A stretch of 58,325 bases of DNA from a virus (Duplodnaviria; Caudoviricetes). The position numbers and the translations under genes were made by a program. Positions 1 through 7,228 of the stretch are shown in pieces; the first letter of the stretch is position 1; each line of letters opens with the position of its first letter. The notes under the pieces were generated by a model. It was not told the origin of the DNA, did not search any database, and worked only from the letters and a program-made list of their open reading frames with translations. Location: positions 1-58,325 of the IMG/VR virus record IMGVR_UViG_3300006919_000061; one strand, 5' to 3'.

Positions 1-20
1 GGGGGACCCGAAGGCCCCCC
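1..20 (-). terminator. GC-rich hairpin with cUUCGg loop (terminator or 3' end of a candidate ncRNA)
   Basis: Minus strand reads GGGGGGCC-TTCG-GGTCCCCC; any U-tract would lie outside the window. Confidence 0.55.
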
Positions 21-340
21 GTTCCTGTCTTTCTCTCATACCCATCTTCCACAACGAGTATCGACGCCCAACCAGTGTACGACATATAGACGCGGGGCTG
101 GTTGGACTTCTACTTTATCGATGTAGCGTCGCTAGGGTTCTTATACAGTGAACCTAGTAAACTGGACAACATTTAGGCCTTGTTACCGCTGGCCGCGTAC
201 AGTTGACTCGCGTTGACAGTGCCTCTGTCAAAGACCCCTCTCATCAGGGGATGGAGCGCCCCATATCGAGCTGCAGGCTCTCAGGACGGCTTCTTGCGTT
301 GCGGTGCAAGCTGAGCCACCAAGCCGGACTCTTGCGAGTT
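21..340 (-). ncRNA. Candidate structured non-coding RNA, family unknown
   Basis: No credible ORF. Dense stems: 62-67/126-131, 68-75/98-105, 132-140/150-157, 213-219/225-231, 235-239/246-250, 287-292/321-326, 293-297/306-310. Strand inferred from neighbouring genes and the UUCG hairpin. Confidence 0.5.
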
Positions 341-348
341 ACTTGGAT

Positions 349-693
349 TTATCGGTCGCGGAAAGCGATTTCTTCACGGTAGCGTTGTGCAGCACGCGTG
401 AGCTTAGTTGCACGCACATAGGTGTGAATGCCAACAGGCCACACACTCCACACCAACAGGCAGGTACCTGCGTAGTTACCAAGCGCACGGTCTGTGCACA
501 TGTTGGCACGCACACGCAGTTGCTTGATGTTAAGGTGTGAGGAATCGTACGAGTCCTCGATGAGGCGCTTGTACAGGTTGCCACTAACCTCAGCTTGGAA
601 GTGCCCGTAGTCACGGGCGGTGTACTGAGGCTTGGACGCATCGGCGCTGAGGGACAGAGTCAACGCAGCGAAAAGGAAAAGAATGTAACGCAT
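349..693 (-). CDS. Hypothetical secreted protein (N-terminal signal peptide)
   Basis: 114 aa; MRYILFLFAALTLSLSADA signal-like N-terminus; TAATG coupling with the upstream ORF. Confidence 0.75.
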   Translation of the reverse strand: MRYILFLFAALTLSLSADASKPQYTARDYGHFQAEVSGNLYKRLIEDSYDSSHLNIKQLRVRANMCTDRALGNYAGTCLLVWSVWPVGIHTYVRATKLTRAAQRYREEIAFRDR

Positions 694-995
694 TACTTCT
701 TGTTTTTCTTGTTAGACTTCTTAGCCTCGGCGCGAGTCGCCATGAGCTTCTTGTAAGCCTTGCCGTCACAGACAGACTCGGCCAAGAAGTGAGCAGGCAC
801 TTGAATAGGCGAGAACTTGCGCCCCGTAATAACACAGGTCATCTGCCATGCACCTTCGCTGTCGTAGACAGGGGTGTTGGGGATAACTTGGACACCGTAC
901 TTACCCTCGGGCTTAGAGCCGAGGACAGCAGTGGTGTTACGAGACAACTTGGGTAGCTCAGAGAGCTTGTGGAACTTCTTCATTTGAGGTGCCAT
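693..995 (-). CDS. Hypothetical basic protein
   Basis: ~100 aa with a Lys-rich C-terminus; stop overlaps the next start; start could also be 983. Confidence 0.75.
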   Translation of the reverse strand: MAPQMKKFHKLSELPKLSRNTTAVLGSKPEGKYGVQVIPNTPVYDSEGAWQMTCVITGRKFSPIQVPAHFLAESVCDGKAYKKLMATRAEAKKSNKKNKK

Positions 996-1047
996 TGGTG
1001 CTAGTATTAGCGGTGTGCCCGTCAAGGGTGGAGCACGATACCCTGAA

Positions 1048-1455
1048 TTACTTGGTGATGGCGATGGTCAACTCGTCAGTCTTGTAACAAACGAGCCTAT
1101 CGGTCTCGTTCAGGTAGTAGAACTGAAAGTCTTCATCACCATACTCGAGGAGCACTCCGTCAATAGACCACGTGGAGGCCAACGTAATTTCTTCACTAAC
1201 AGCAACAGAGTCGTTGACAAAGACGATAGACTCGGTCTCGGGGGTTTCGCCATCTTGGTAGATAGTGACCGTGTAGGTCTTACCGTAGTAGAAACCGTAG
1301 GTGTAACCGGAGTAACCGGGGTCAGTCGTGGCAATACCACCGTCGAACACGTCAGTCGTGTCGGTAGCTGGTGGGCAAACGTTGGGCTCGTTCTCGATGG
1401 GAGTACAAGCGAAAAGCGTTGCGCTGATGAGCGCGAAAAGGAACATGTTTTTCAT
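1048..1455 (-). CDS. Putative lipoprotein
   Basis: MKNMFLFALISATLFAC lipobox followed by an acidic mature region. Confidence 0.75.
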   Translation of the reverse strand: MKNMFLFALISATLFACTPIENEPNVCPPATDTTDVFDGGIATTDPGYSGYTYGFYYGKTYTVTIYQDGETPETESIVFVNDSVAVSEEITLASTWSIDGVLLEYGDEDFQFYYLNETDRLVCYKTDELTIAITK

Positions 1456-1480
1456 GGGGAAGGGGGTTTACAAGGGAAAA

Positions 1481-1510
1481 GTATCCCCACCTCCGAAGAG
1501 GCAGGGATAC
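1481..1510 (-). terminator. Intrinsic terminator-like hairpin
   Basis: Minus strand GTATCCCTGCCTC-TTCG-GAGGTGGGGATAC followed by TTTTCCC. Confidence 0.7.
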
Positions 1511-1544
1511 GTGTGTGGCACGCTGGTGCGTGTCAGCTCTGCAA

Positions 1545-1967
1545 TTAGGCAGTCACCGTGTCGGCAACCGGGTGGCCATTCCAACGGAACGCGTTACGCA
1601 CGCTGCTCTCGAAGTTGGAGTCGTCCTCGCTGGCCGGGACGAAACAAGTGTACGTGTTGACATCACGGAGCAGGGTGTTGCCTGCAACGCTGTCCTCAAT
1701 CTGGTACGTCTCGACATCGCGGGTAGCGAGCGAGCCCACGACTGCAGTGCCAACAGGGGCATTGAAGAGGTGGTTGTACGGAGAGTCCACGCCTTCTTGC
1801 CACGCGTTGAGCGTCTGGGTGGTGCTGTTACCAAGTGCATTGACGGTAGCCCCGGTAACAGGGTGAACCATCGTGTTGAACGTGGTGCAGGTGAGCGTGA
1901 TGGTCTTGAAGTTGCGACCGGACTTGTCAATGCCCTCGCGGACGGAAGTGATTTCGTTAAACGTCAT
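1545..1967 (-). CDS. Hypothetical protein (beta-rich, possibly OB-fold-like)
   Basis: 140 aa ORF with strong phage codon bias, flanked by hairpins; fold is speculative. Confidence 0.8.
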   Translation of the reverse strand: MTFNEITSVREGIDKSGRNFKTITLTCTTFNTMVHPVTGATVNALGNSTTQTLNAWQEGVDSPYNHLFNAPVGTAVVGSLATRDVETYQIEDSVAGNTLLRDVNTYTCFVPASEDDSNFESSVRNAFRWNGHPVADTVTA

Positions 1968-2006
1968 CGTGTTGAAATTAAAAGGGTTGGTGATACTAGA
2001 GAATTG

Positions 2007-2040
2007 CTAGCCCCCCACTCGTATCAAGGTGAGGGGCTAG
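2007..2040 (-). terminator. Intergenic hairpin
   Basis: Minus strand CTAGCCCCTCAC...GTGGGGGGCTAG inverted repeat just after the stop at 2048. Confidence 0.55.
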
Positions 2041-2047
2041 GGAAACT

Positions 2048-2236
2048 TCAGAGATAGGCAGATACAAGAACGTCCATCATAGCCTCGTCTTGGAAGAAGA
2101 GGTATGCTTCGCGCACATGTTCCTGCTCATGTTTGGGTGCCCGCTGCTTGAGCATGATATACTCGTTGCGGCGTTCACTCGTAAGGTTGCGGACTGAGGC
2201 CTTGATGCCGTCAATCCTCGTCTTGCTTGTTGGCAT
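2048..2236 (-). CDS. Hypothetical protein
   Basis: 62 aa, in an overlapping minus-strand gene string. Confidence 0.65.
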   Translation of the reverse strand: MPTSKTRIDGIKASVRNLTSERRNEYIMLKQRAPKHEQEHVREAYLFFQDEAMMDVLVSAYL

Positions 2237-2537
2237 GGTCAGAGATTTGTCTGATGATTTGCTCTACAGTTGGCTCTGCGTCGAGTCTTTTGATACACTC
2301 TTGGCAGCGCGCGCATTCCTCGTAGTACTCGGCTTCTTCAAAGAAACCAAGTGCTGCTTGCAGCTCCTGCTTCCACTGTACGCGGGGCAGGGTAATGTAA
2401 TTACCGGAAGGCTCCTCGATTTCGATAGAACCTTCGTTAAACTGGAGACCGTACTCGATACTCGTGATGATGCGTTGGACAGCTTCGACTACTGTGTGAA
2501 ACAGTGGGTCGTTGTCCGGGTCAAAAGTCTGGCTCAT
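2211..2537 (-). CDS. Small protein with C-terminal UVR (UvrB/UvrC)-like motif
   Basis: Start refined to MSQTFDPD; contains FEEAEYYEECARCQECIKRL. Confidence 0.7.
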   Translation of the reverse strand: MSQTFDPDNDPLFHTVVEAVQRIITSIEYGLQFNEGSIEIEEPSGNYITLPRVQWKQELQAALGFFEEAEYYEECARCQECIKRLDAEPTVEQIIRQISDHANKQDED

Positions 2538-2898
2538 CGGAGTCTGGTTCGGCTTCGTGTACAACGTCAATGCTAAGCTCAGCCAAGTGGTCGTTGAGTT
2601 CCATGTTGGAGGATACCTCACGAATCTCACGCATGCACTTGAATACCTTGGCACACTGCTCGTACTCCTCGTACTCTTCGAGCACCTTGAGGTAGTGTTG
2701 CAGTTCTTCGAGCCAAGAGCCGAGCATTTCACGCCACCCTTTGGTGCGAGTCTCACAAGCCTCGTAGAAGGCAGTCATGTGAAGCTCGGTGGCAGTCATA
2801 GCCTCGATACGAACTTCCTCGGGGGTAGGCTCAGGCAAGGGGCCCGAGTTACCGCCAAGGAATTCGTTAAAGAGGTCGTTCAGTTCATCATCAGACAT
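2521..2898 (-). CDS. Acidic protein with UVR-like motif
   Basis: Contains LEEYEEYEQCAKVFKCMREI, similar to the motif in the adjacent ORF. Confidence 0.7.
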   Translation of the reverse strand: MSDDELNDLFNEFLGGNSGPLPEPTPEEVRIEAMTATELHMTAFYEACETRTKGWREMLGSWLEELQHYLKVLEEYEEYEQCAKVFKCMREIREVSSNMELNDHLAELSIDVVHEAEPDSDEPDF

Positions 2899-3289
2899 CG
2901 CTATCGTCAGATTCGGAGTAGGTCACGCCGTCTTGGGGAGTCCAATCGAGCTGGTCGAGCATGGGATTGCCGTCCTCGTCGTAATAGATGCCTGCACAGG
3001 CAATCTTGTCATCGAAGATAGCCTCGACAATCGCGTCAGCTGTGGGGTCTGAGCTGCACTCGTTGAAGTGGTCGTACTTCTCACGCAAGATGAGCTCGTA
3101 ACGGTCGATGGTTCGGTAAGCCACGCGAAGCTCGTCATCCTTGGCGAACAGGGCTTCGTTGGACTGGTCGAGCCAACACTTGAAATTGCGACGACGCAAC
3201 TCGAGGTCGTTAGCAATACGAGCGTAGCGAGCGACAAAGTAAGCACAGGCGGCTACGGTAAGGATGTAGCCTAGAATCATGATTGTCAT
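2891..3289 (-). CDS. Membrane-anchored coiled-coil protein
   Basis: N-terminal hydrophobic helix, helical middle, acidic tail. Confidence 0.75.
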   Translation of the reverse strand: MTIMILGYILTVAACAYFVARYARIANDLELRRRNFKCWLDQSNEALFAKDDELRVAYRTIDRYELILREKYDHFNECSSDPTADAIVEAIFDDKIACAGIYYDEDGNPMLDQLDWTPQDGVTYSESDDSDV

Positions 3290-3366
3290 GGGGTGTAAGT
3301 AATTGAGAATGAAACAAATAAACGTGACATATACTTTGTCACTACTAATAGCAAATAGAGAAACTC

Positions 3367-3374
3367 AGCTCCCC
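3367..3374 (-). promoter_or_regulatory. GGGGAGCT intergenic element, copy 1
   Basis: Minus strand TAGGGGAGC-TGA-GTTTCTCTA-TTTGCT; one of seven co-oriented intergenic copies. Confidence 0.6.
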
Positions 3375-3382
3375 TACTCAGG

Positions 3383-3748
3383 TTAGCAGGACGACAAGTC
3401 CATCACGGGCAGCTGCGCTGCTTCGCATAAGTAAGTTGTGCTAAACAACGTGTCAAGAAGCTCGCGGTGTACAGACTCGATGATGAGCAGAGCTCGTCTG
3501 TCTCGGTCGGACGGAGAGCGCGATAGCTCCGTGTAAAAAGTTGGCGCGCCGTCATCGTATAAGATGAATGCGATGCCATCGCTGGTCTCGAACCGAGATA
3601 TGGACACGACAAGTGGCTCGTCTGCTGCGAAGATGTTGTACGCCTCGTCCACCATGCGACTGAACGCACCGGCGTGAACATATTGCGCAATGTTCTGCTC
3701 GTCAGAGCATTGCAACCTAAAGAATGGATGCTGAGATGGCATATACAT
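3383..3748 (-). CDS. Hypothetical protein
   Basis: Start refined to MYMPSQHPF, downstream of the hairpin at 3800-3827; ~121 aa. Confidence 0.65.
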   Translation of the reverse strand: MYMPSQHPFFRLQCSDEQNIAQYVHAGAFSRMVDEAYNIFAADEPLVVSISRFETSDGIAFILYDDGAPTFYTELSRSPSDRDRRALLIIESVHRELLDTLFSTTYLCEAAQLPVMDLSSC

Positions 3749-3799
3749 GATACCAATATACGATACAAATCGGTTGGAACAACCGAACCTGAAAGGGTA

Positions 3800-3827
3800 G
3801 TACCCCCACACCGAAGTGCAGGGGTAC
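3800..3827 (-). terminator. Intergenic hairpin with UUCG loop
   Basis: Minus strand GTACCCCTGCAC-TTCG-GTGTGGGGGTAC just after the stop at 3834. Confidence 0.6.
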
Positions 3828-3833
3828 CGAAGG

Positions 3834-4172
3834 TTAGAATGGCAGGGTTGGTGCCTCCATAGAGAGGTTGTAGTCAAGAGTCTCCGAGAAGTCGTAGGCA
3901 GCCTGCATTACAGCGGCATACACTTGATACTCGTACTCGTCTTGAGTCTTCTTGAGAAGATACTCAGCGCGTTCGCCGATGTGTGCAGCAGCCCGCACCA
4001 TATTGGTGTGCTGAGGCTGGCAGATGTCTTCGCGTACCCAATTGGTAACAGACACGAGAGCCATCATTGCGAAGTGGCTCTTGCTTGTAGGAACAGACAG
4101 AGCAGCAGTATTGGCCGCGAGGAGAATAGTCTCCCCTGCGGTCATACTGTCGATGGAGTCGCGACGGCTCAT
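3834..4172 (-). CDS. Hypothetical protein
   Basis: 112 aa; ATGA overlap with the upstream micro-ORF. Confidence 0.75.
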   Translation of the reverse strand: MSRRDSIDSMTAGETILLAANTAALSVPTSKSHFAMMALVSVTNWVREDICQPQHTNMVRAAAHIGERAEYLLKKTQDEYEYQVYAAVMQAAYDFSETLDYNLSMEAPTLPF

Positions 4173-4279
4173 TTGGCAACAACGATTACGCCGTTGATGG
4201 CAGAGAACACGCGAGGACGGGGCTGCACCGTAGTGGTTGCAACTGTGGATGGCTTGTTGCCGGGAATGTTGAGATACAT
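4169..4279 (-). CDS. 36-aa micro-ORF (not in supplied track)
   Basis: MYLNIPGNKPSTVATTTVQPRPRVFSAINGVIVVAK; stop overlaps the next start (ATGA). Confidence 0.6.
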   Translation of the reverse strand: MYLNIPGNKPSTVATTTVQPRPRVFSAINGVIVVAK

Positions 4280-4291
4280 GATGTTGTGGAA

Positions 4292-4363
4292 TTAACGTTG
4301 AAAGAGAAAAGAATAGGCGAATGTGAGTACGCCGAGAATTGGAAAGATTAATGCGAGATGCAT
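4292..4363 (-). CDS. 23-aa hydrophobic micropeptide (not in supplied track)
   Basis: MHLALIFPILGVLTFAYSFLFQR; single TM-like helix. Confidence 0.4.
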   Translation of the reverse strand: MHLALIFPILGVLTFAYSFLFQR

Positions 4364-4389
4364 GAAATATGTAGAGAATATGAGTTGCG

Positions 4390-4905
4390 AATAGAAAGCA
4401 CCGCAGGTGCGCTAGATGTCTTAGTAGGGTATAACCATACCTGCGGTGCTTAGCAGTTTGTCATCTTGCTGGATTACGTCGTCGCCCACACTGACCGCCA
4501 CCTTAGAGCGCGTTGACTGGACTATATGTACGACCTTTCTAAAGAACTAAGAGGAGTCGCGGTACTAAACCGACTGTGGTCGCAGTTCCCAACGAGCCCC
4601 TCTTCCTGCCACAGCAGGATGTGAGTAAGTCAGTGCTCCAAAGGCTGAGCCAAGGGATTAGGGAGTGTCCCGACACTGAACTTACGAATGAGAGCGAGAG
4701 TGTGCACCGTGCCCGTAGGCATCTTGAACGGCTACACACTCTCTAACTATGACTATGCAGTGCAAGCTGGCACCGGTACGCTGAATATGAGTCATGCTTT
4801 AGAACGTACGCTGGGCATGACTATGGATAGTCCCCTTAACGCTTAGCGGGGTATAGCGGTGACGTCTTGCGCGCGTCACTATTCAAGAAGCAAACAGAGA
4901 CCCGG
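4390..4905 (-). ncRNA. Candidate ~500-nt structured non-coding RNA
   Basis: No credible ORF. Nested long-range stems 4519-4525/4827-4833, 4528-4532/4805-4809, 4537-4544/4797-4804; internal arms 4625-4635/4674-4685 and 4696-4704/4735-4743; terminal 13-bp stem 4396-4408/4439-4451. Strand inferred from context. Confidence 0.6.
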
Positions 4906-4913
4906 AGCTCCCC
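4906..4913 (-). promoter_or_regulatory. GGGGAGCT intergenic element, copy 2
   Basis: Minus strand GTAGGGGGAGCTCCGGGTCTCTGTTTGCT, directly ahead of the candidate ncRNA. Confidence 0.6.
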
Positions 4914-4966
4914 CTACCCTGCACAGCTACCCCGAAGGGTAACTGTGAGAGTGGGATTGCAGAGAA

Positions 4967-5293
4967 TCAGACGGTGGCCCAAAAGACACCCTCTTTTTCT
5001 GCGTGCGGGCGGACATCGCGCAGGGTAATCTGGAGTCCCTCGCCGTCTTCGCCAAGAGCCTGCGACTCGAGGTCGGTGGCATTGAAGCGGTTGGGGTTGG
5101 ACTCGTCCTGCGTGAGGAGGCCTGCGATGTACTCGGACATCGAGTTGAGCGCGATGTTGACGAGAGCGTTGGACTCGACGCCTTGGCCGAGGACAGAATC
5201 GCCGGTGGACATCGTGGCTTGTGCGGCAACGTAGAACTTGCCATTCTTCTCGGACTTAGTGGCGCCGAAGACCTTGGTGATTTTAGCGTTCAT
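4967..5293 (-). CDS. Hypothetical protein
   Basis: Start refined to MNAKITKVFG; ~108 aa with strong codon bias. Confidence 0.8.
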   Translation of the reverse strand: MNAKITKVFGATKSEKNGKFYVAAQATMSTGDSVLGQGVESNALVNIALNSMSEYIAGLLTQDESNPNRFNATDLESQALGEDGEGLQITLRDVRPHAEKEGVFWATV

Positions 5294-5359
5294 GCTATTG
5301 TGTATTGAGGATAAAAGAGAAATTTGTGACTGAATGTCCACAAGCAAAAAGAGTTGCTA

Positions 5360-5367
5360 AGCTCCCC
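5360..5367 (-). promoter_or_regulatory. GGGGAGCT intergenic element, copy 3
   Basis: Minus strand GAGAGGGGGAGCTTAGCAACTCTTTTTGCT. Confidence 0.6.
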
Positions 5368-5419
5368 CTCTCGGCATATAGGTCAGCGCGTTAAGCGCCA
5401 ACCCATATACGGAGGATAG

Positions 5420-5773
5420 TTAGTCGATAATCTCGAACGTGACGGTGTCAGTGAACACCTCGCCGAGAATAATGTAGGACACCACGTAGGTGTAGCCGGC
5501 GACGTGCTCGAACAACATGGGGAAGTTTTCGTTGTCGATGATGAAGCCGTCTTGCCCCACAAGCGTAGGGTATGTGCCGATGGAACCAAAGTTCCAATCG
5601 TGGACAGTAGCGATGTCGTTGACAGGGTCGATGATGACAGAGGAGTCAACGTATTGGCCCTGAATGCGAGCATGGTATTGCGTCTGTGCGCAGGAGTGCA
5701 GGGCACAGCAGCAGAGCAACGTGGCCAAGAGAGACTTGGCGAGGTTGCGGAAGAAGGAAGTGTAGTCGTTCAT
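5420..5773 (-). CDS. Hypothetical secreted or lipoprotein-like protein
   Basis: Hydrophobic N-region with Cys residues (LLATLLCCCALHSCAQ), beta-rich remainder. Confidence 0.75.
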   Translation of the reverse strand: MNDYTSFFRNLAKSLLATLLCCCALHSCAQTQYHARIQGQYVDSSVIIDPVNDIATVHDWNFGSIGTYPTLVGQDGFIIDNENFPMLFEHVAGYTYVVSYIILGEVFTDTVTFEIID

Positions 5774-5895
5774 TTGTTGCGATAGTATTCGATGAGCATT
5801 GCACCGAGCGTTGCGATAGCAAACAGCCCGGCGATAATAACGATGACGCCGGCCATGTTGCCGACGTCGAGAAGAAGGGATTCTTGTTCAGACAT
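5770..5895 (-). CDS. 41-aa single-TM micropeptide (not in supplied track)
   Basis: MSEQESLLLDVGNMAGVIVIIAGLFAIATLGAMLIEYYRNK; overlaps both neighbours. Confidence 0.7.
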   Translation of the reverse strand: MSEQESLLLDVGNMAGVIVIIAGLFAIATLGAMLIEYYRNK

Positions 5896-6115
5896 TGAGA
5901 GAATTGAATGTGTTGCCGGTCATGTAGAACTCGCGGACGAGTATCTTGCTGCCGTCGTCGTCGTAGTCGTTGTCGGCGAACACCCGAACGAGGGTGTCGT
6001 TGGCAGAGAGTTCTGGTGCATAGGTGGAGAACTCAACATCGACACCGGTGTAGTAGTCGTTGACCTCGTCGATGACTGCTTGAGCGTCGTCAATGGAAGT
6101 TATGTTGTAAGACAT
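5888..6115 (-). CDS. Small acidic hypothetical protein
   Basis: Start refined to MSYNITSIDD; ~75 aa. Confidence 0.75.
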   Translation of the reverse strand: MSYNITSIDDAQAVIDEVNDYYTGVDVEFSTYAPELSANDTLVRVFADNDYDDDGSKILVREFYMTGNTFNSLNV

Positions 6116-6131
6116 GAGAGAAGGGTTGAAC

Positions 6132-6239
6132 TTACCCGCGCAAAGAGCGCAGGTAAGCGATGAGAGAAGGAATGAGCATGAGCACTGTGAGTGTGCAGCC
6201 TGCAATGAAATTGAGCTGGTATGGAGTGAAATCTTGCAT
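6132..6239 (-). CDS. 35-aa single-TM micropeptide (not in supplied track)
   Basis: MQDFTPYQLNFIAGCTLTVLMLIPSLIAYLRSLRG; fills the gap and shares a CAACCCTTCTC leader with the 6115 gene. Confidence 0.6.
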   Translation of the reverse strand: MQDFTPYQLNFIAGCTLTVLMLIPSLIAYLRSLRG

Positions 6240-6259
6240 GGGAGAAGGGTTGTGTCCCC

Positions 6260-6553
6260 TCAGCACGAAGCTGAGAGGACGGTGTCTTGGACTTTGTGGA
6301 GCAGGGCGTTTGCCTCTTGGAGAAGCATTGCAGTGGTGCGCAGGCGAGCGAGGTCTTCCTCGCAGAAGTCGTTCGGGTACTCTGCCATGTAGTCAGCGCA
6401 GGTATCTGCGATGTCTTGGTAGTCTGCGTTGATGAAGCGGGAAGCTTGCTTGACGCGGACTGCGAGCATATGTGAGACTGCTCGGTTTTGCATTGCGTTG
6501 AGCGTGACAGAGACTGAGCCGAGCTTGACGAGGAGTTTACAGAGATTTTGCAT
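6260..6553 (-). CDS. Hypothetical helical protein
   Basis: Start refined to MQNLCKLL; ~97 aa. Confidence 0.75.
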   Translation of the reverse strand: MQNLCKLLVKLGSVSVTLNAMQNRAVSHMLAVRVKQASRFINADYQDIADTCADYMAEYPNDFCEEDLARLRTTAMLLQEANALLHKVQDTVLSASC

Positions 6554-6593
6554 AGAATATGTGTTTGAATGCGTAGCATGAGTTAGGAACTTG

Positions 6594-6601
6594 AGCTCCC
6601 C
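6594..6601 (-). promoter_or_regulatory. GGGGAGCT intergenic element, copy 4
   Basis: Minus strand GGGGGGAGC-TCAA-GTTCCT. Confidence 0.6.
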
Positions 6602-6649
6602 CCACAGACCCACACGCCACCCGTCAAGGGCAGCGTATGAGTTTGCAGA

Positions 6650-6895
6650 TTACTTGGTCAAGTCCATCTCCGCGAATGGGATGTTGAACTCGCGCGCCAA
6701 ACACTCGAACGCGGGAACCAAACCGTGAGCGATTTGAGTGCACTGGTTGCTGCCTGCCGCGTAGGAGACAGACCAACAGAAGTATGCGCCCTCTTCGGTG
6801 TACTCGATGACGAACTGGTCATACGTGAACACGTTGTCAGCGATGTTCTGAGAAACGATAGAGAGGAGCTTGAGGGTACGGGTGATGATGTCCAT
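6650..6895 (-). CDS. Hypothetical protein
   Basis: Start refined to MDIITRTL; ~81 aa. Confidence 0.7.
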   Translation of the reverse strand: MDIITRTLKLLSIVSQNIADNVFTYDQFVIEYTEEGAYFCWSVSYAAGSNQCTQIAHGLVPAFECLAREFNIPFAEMDLTK

Positions 6896-6934
6896 GGGAC
6901 GAAAATTGAAAAATGAGAAAAAAGAAAAGGGGAA

Positions 6935-6962
6935 GAACCCCACGCTATTATGCGCAGGGTTC
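6935..6962 (-). terminator. Intrinsic terminator-like hairpin
   Basis: Minus strand GAACCCTGCGC...GCGTGGGGTTC followed by TTCCCCTTTTCTTTTTT. Confidence 0.65.
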
Positions 6963-6968
6963 CGAAGA

Positions 6969-7178
6969 TTAGAAGTCGGTGGTGAAGTGTGCACCGATTG
7001 GTTTGTCTTTGAGAGCGAGGTACTCATTGTGACTGATGGTGTCGTCACACAATTCTTGTCCATACGCACCACAGAACGTGAGGTGAACAGACGTACCATC
7101 AAAACTGTGGTCAACGAGAACGTCCTCGATGTAGGTTTGACCACTGTTGTATTGTTCGATGAGAGTAGAAATATCCAT
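6969..7178 (-). CDS. Small acidic hypothetical protein
   Basis: Start refined to MDISTLIEQ; ~69 aa. Confidence 0.7.
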   Translation of the reverse strand: MDISTLIEQYNSGQTYIEDVLVDHSFDGTSVHLTFCGAYGQELCDDTISHNEYLALKDKPIGAHFTTDF

Positions 7179-7199
7179 AGACAGCGAGAAGAGAAGCGA

Positions 7200-7207
7200 A
7201 GCTCCCC
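7200..7207 (-). promoter_or_regulatory. GGGGAGCT intergenic element, copy 5
   Basis: Minus strand GGGGGAGC-TTC-GCTTCTC. Confidence 0.6.
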
Positions 7208-7228
7208 CACAGGGCATATGCCCATCAG

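Noticed and set aside
235-250. Hammerhead ribozyme core CUGAUGA on the minus strand
   Set aside because: It sits inside a simple CCCC/GGGG hairpin, with no GAAA after a stem II and no matching stems I and III
252-330. tRNA-like 3' end (...GGGGCGCTCCA on the minus strand)
   Set aside because: No T-loop GTTCRA and no cloverleaf could be built
4515-4835. Group I intron P7-like GACTA/ATAGTC pairing
   Set aside because: Other core elements are not evident and no interrupted gene flanks it; kept only as an unknown structured RNA
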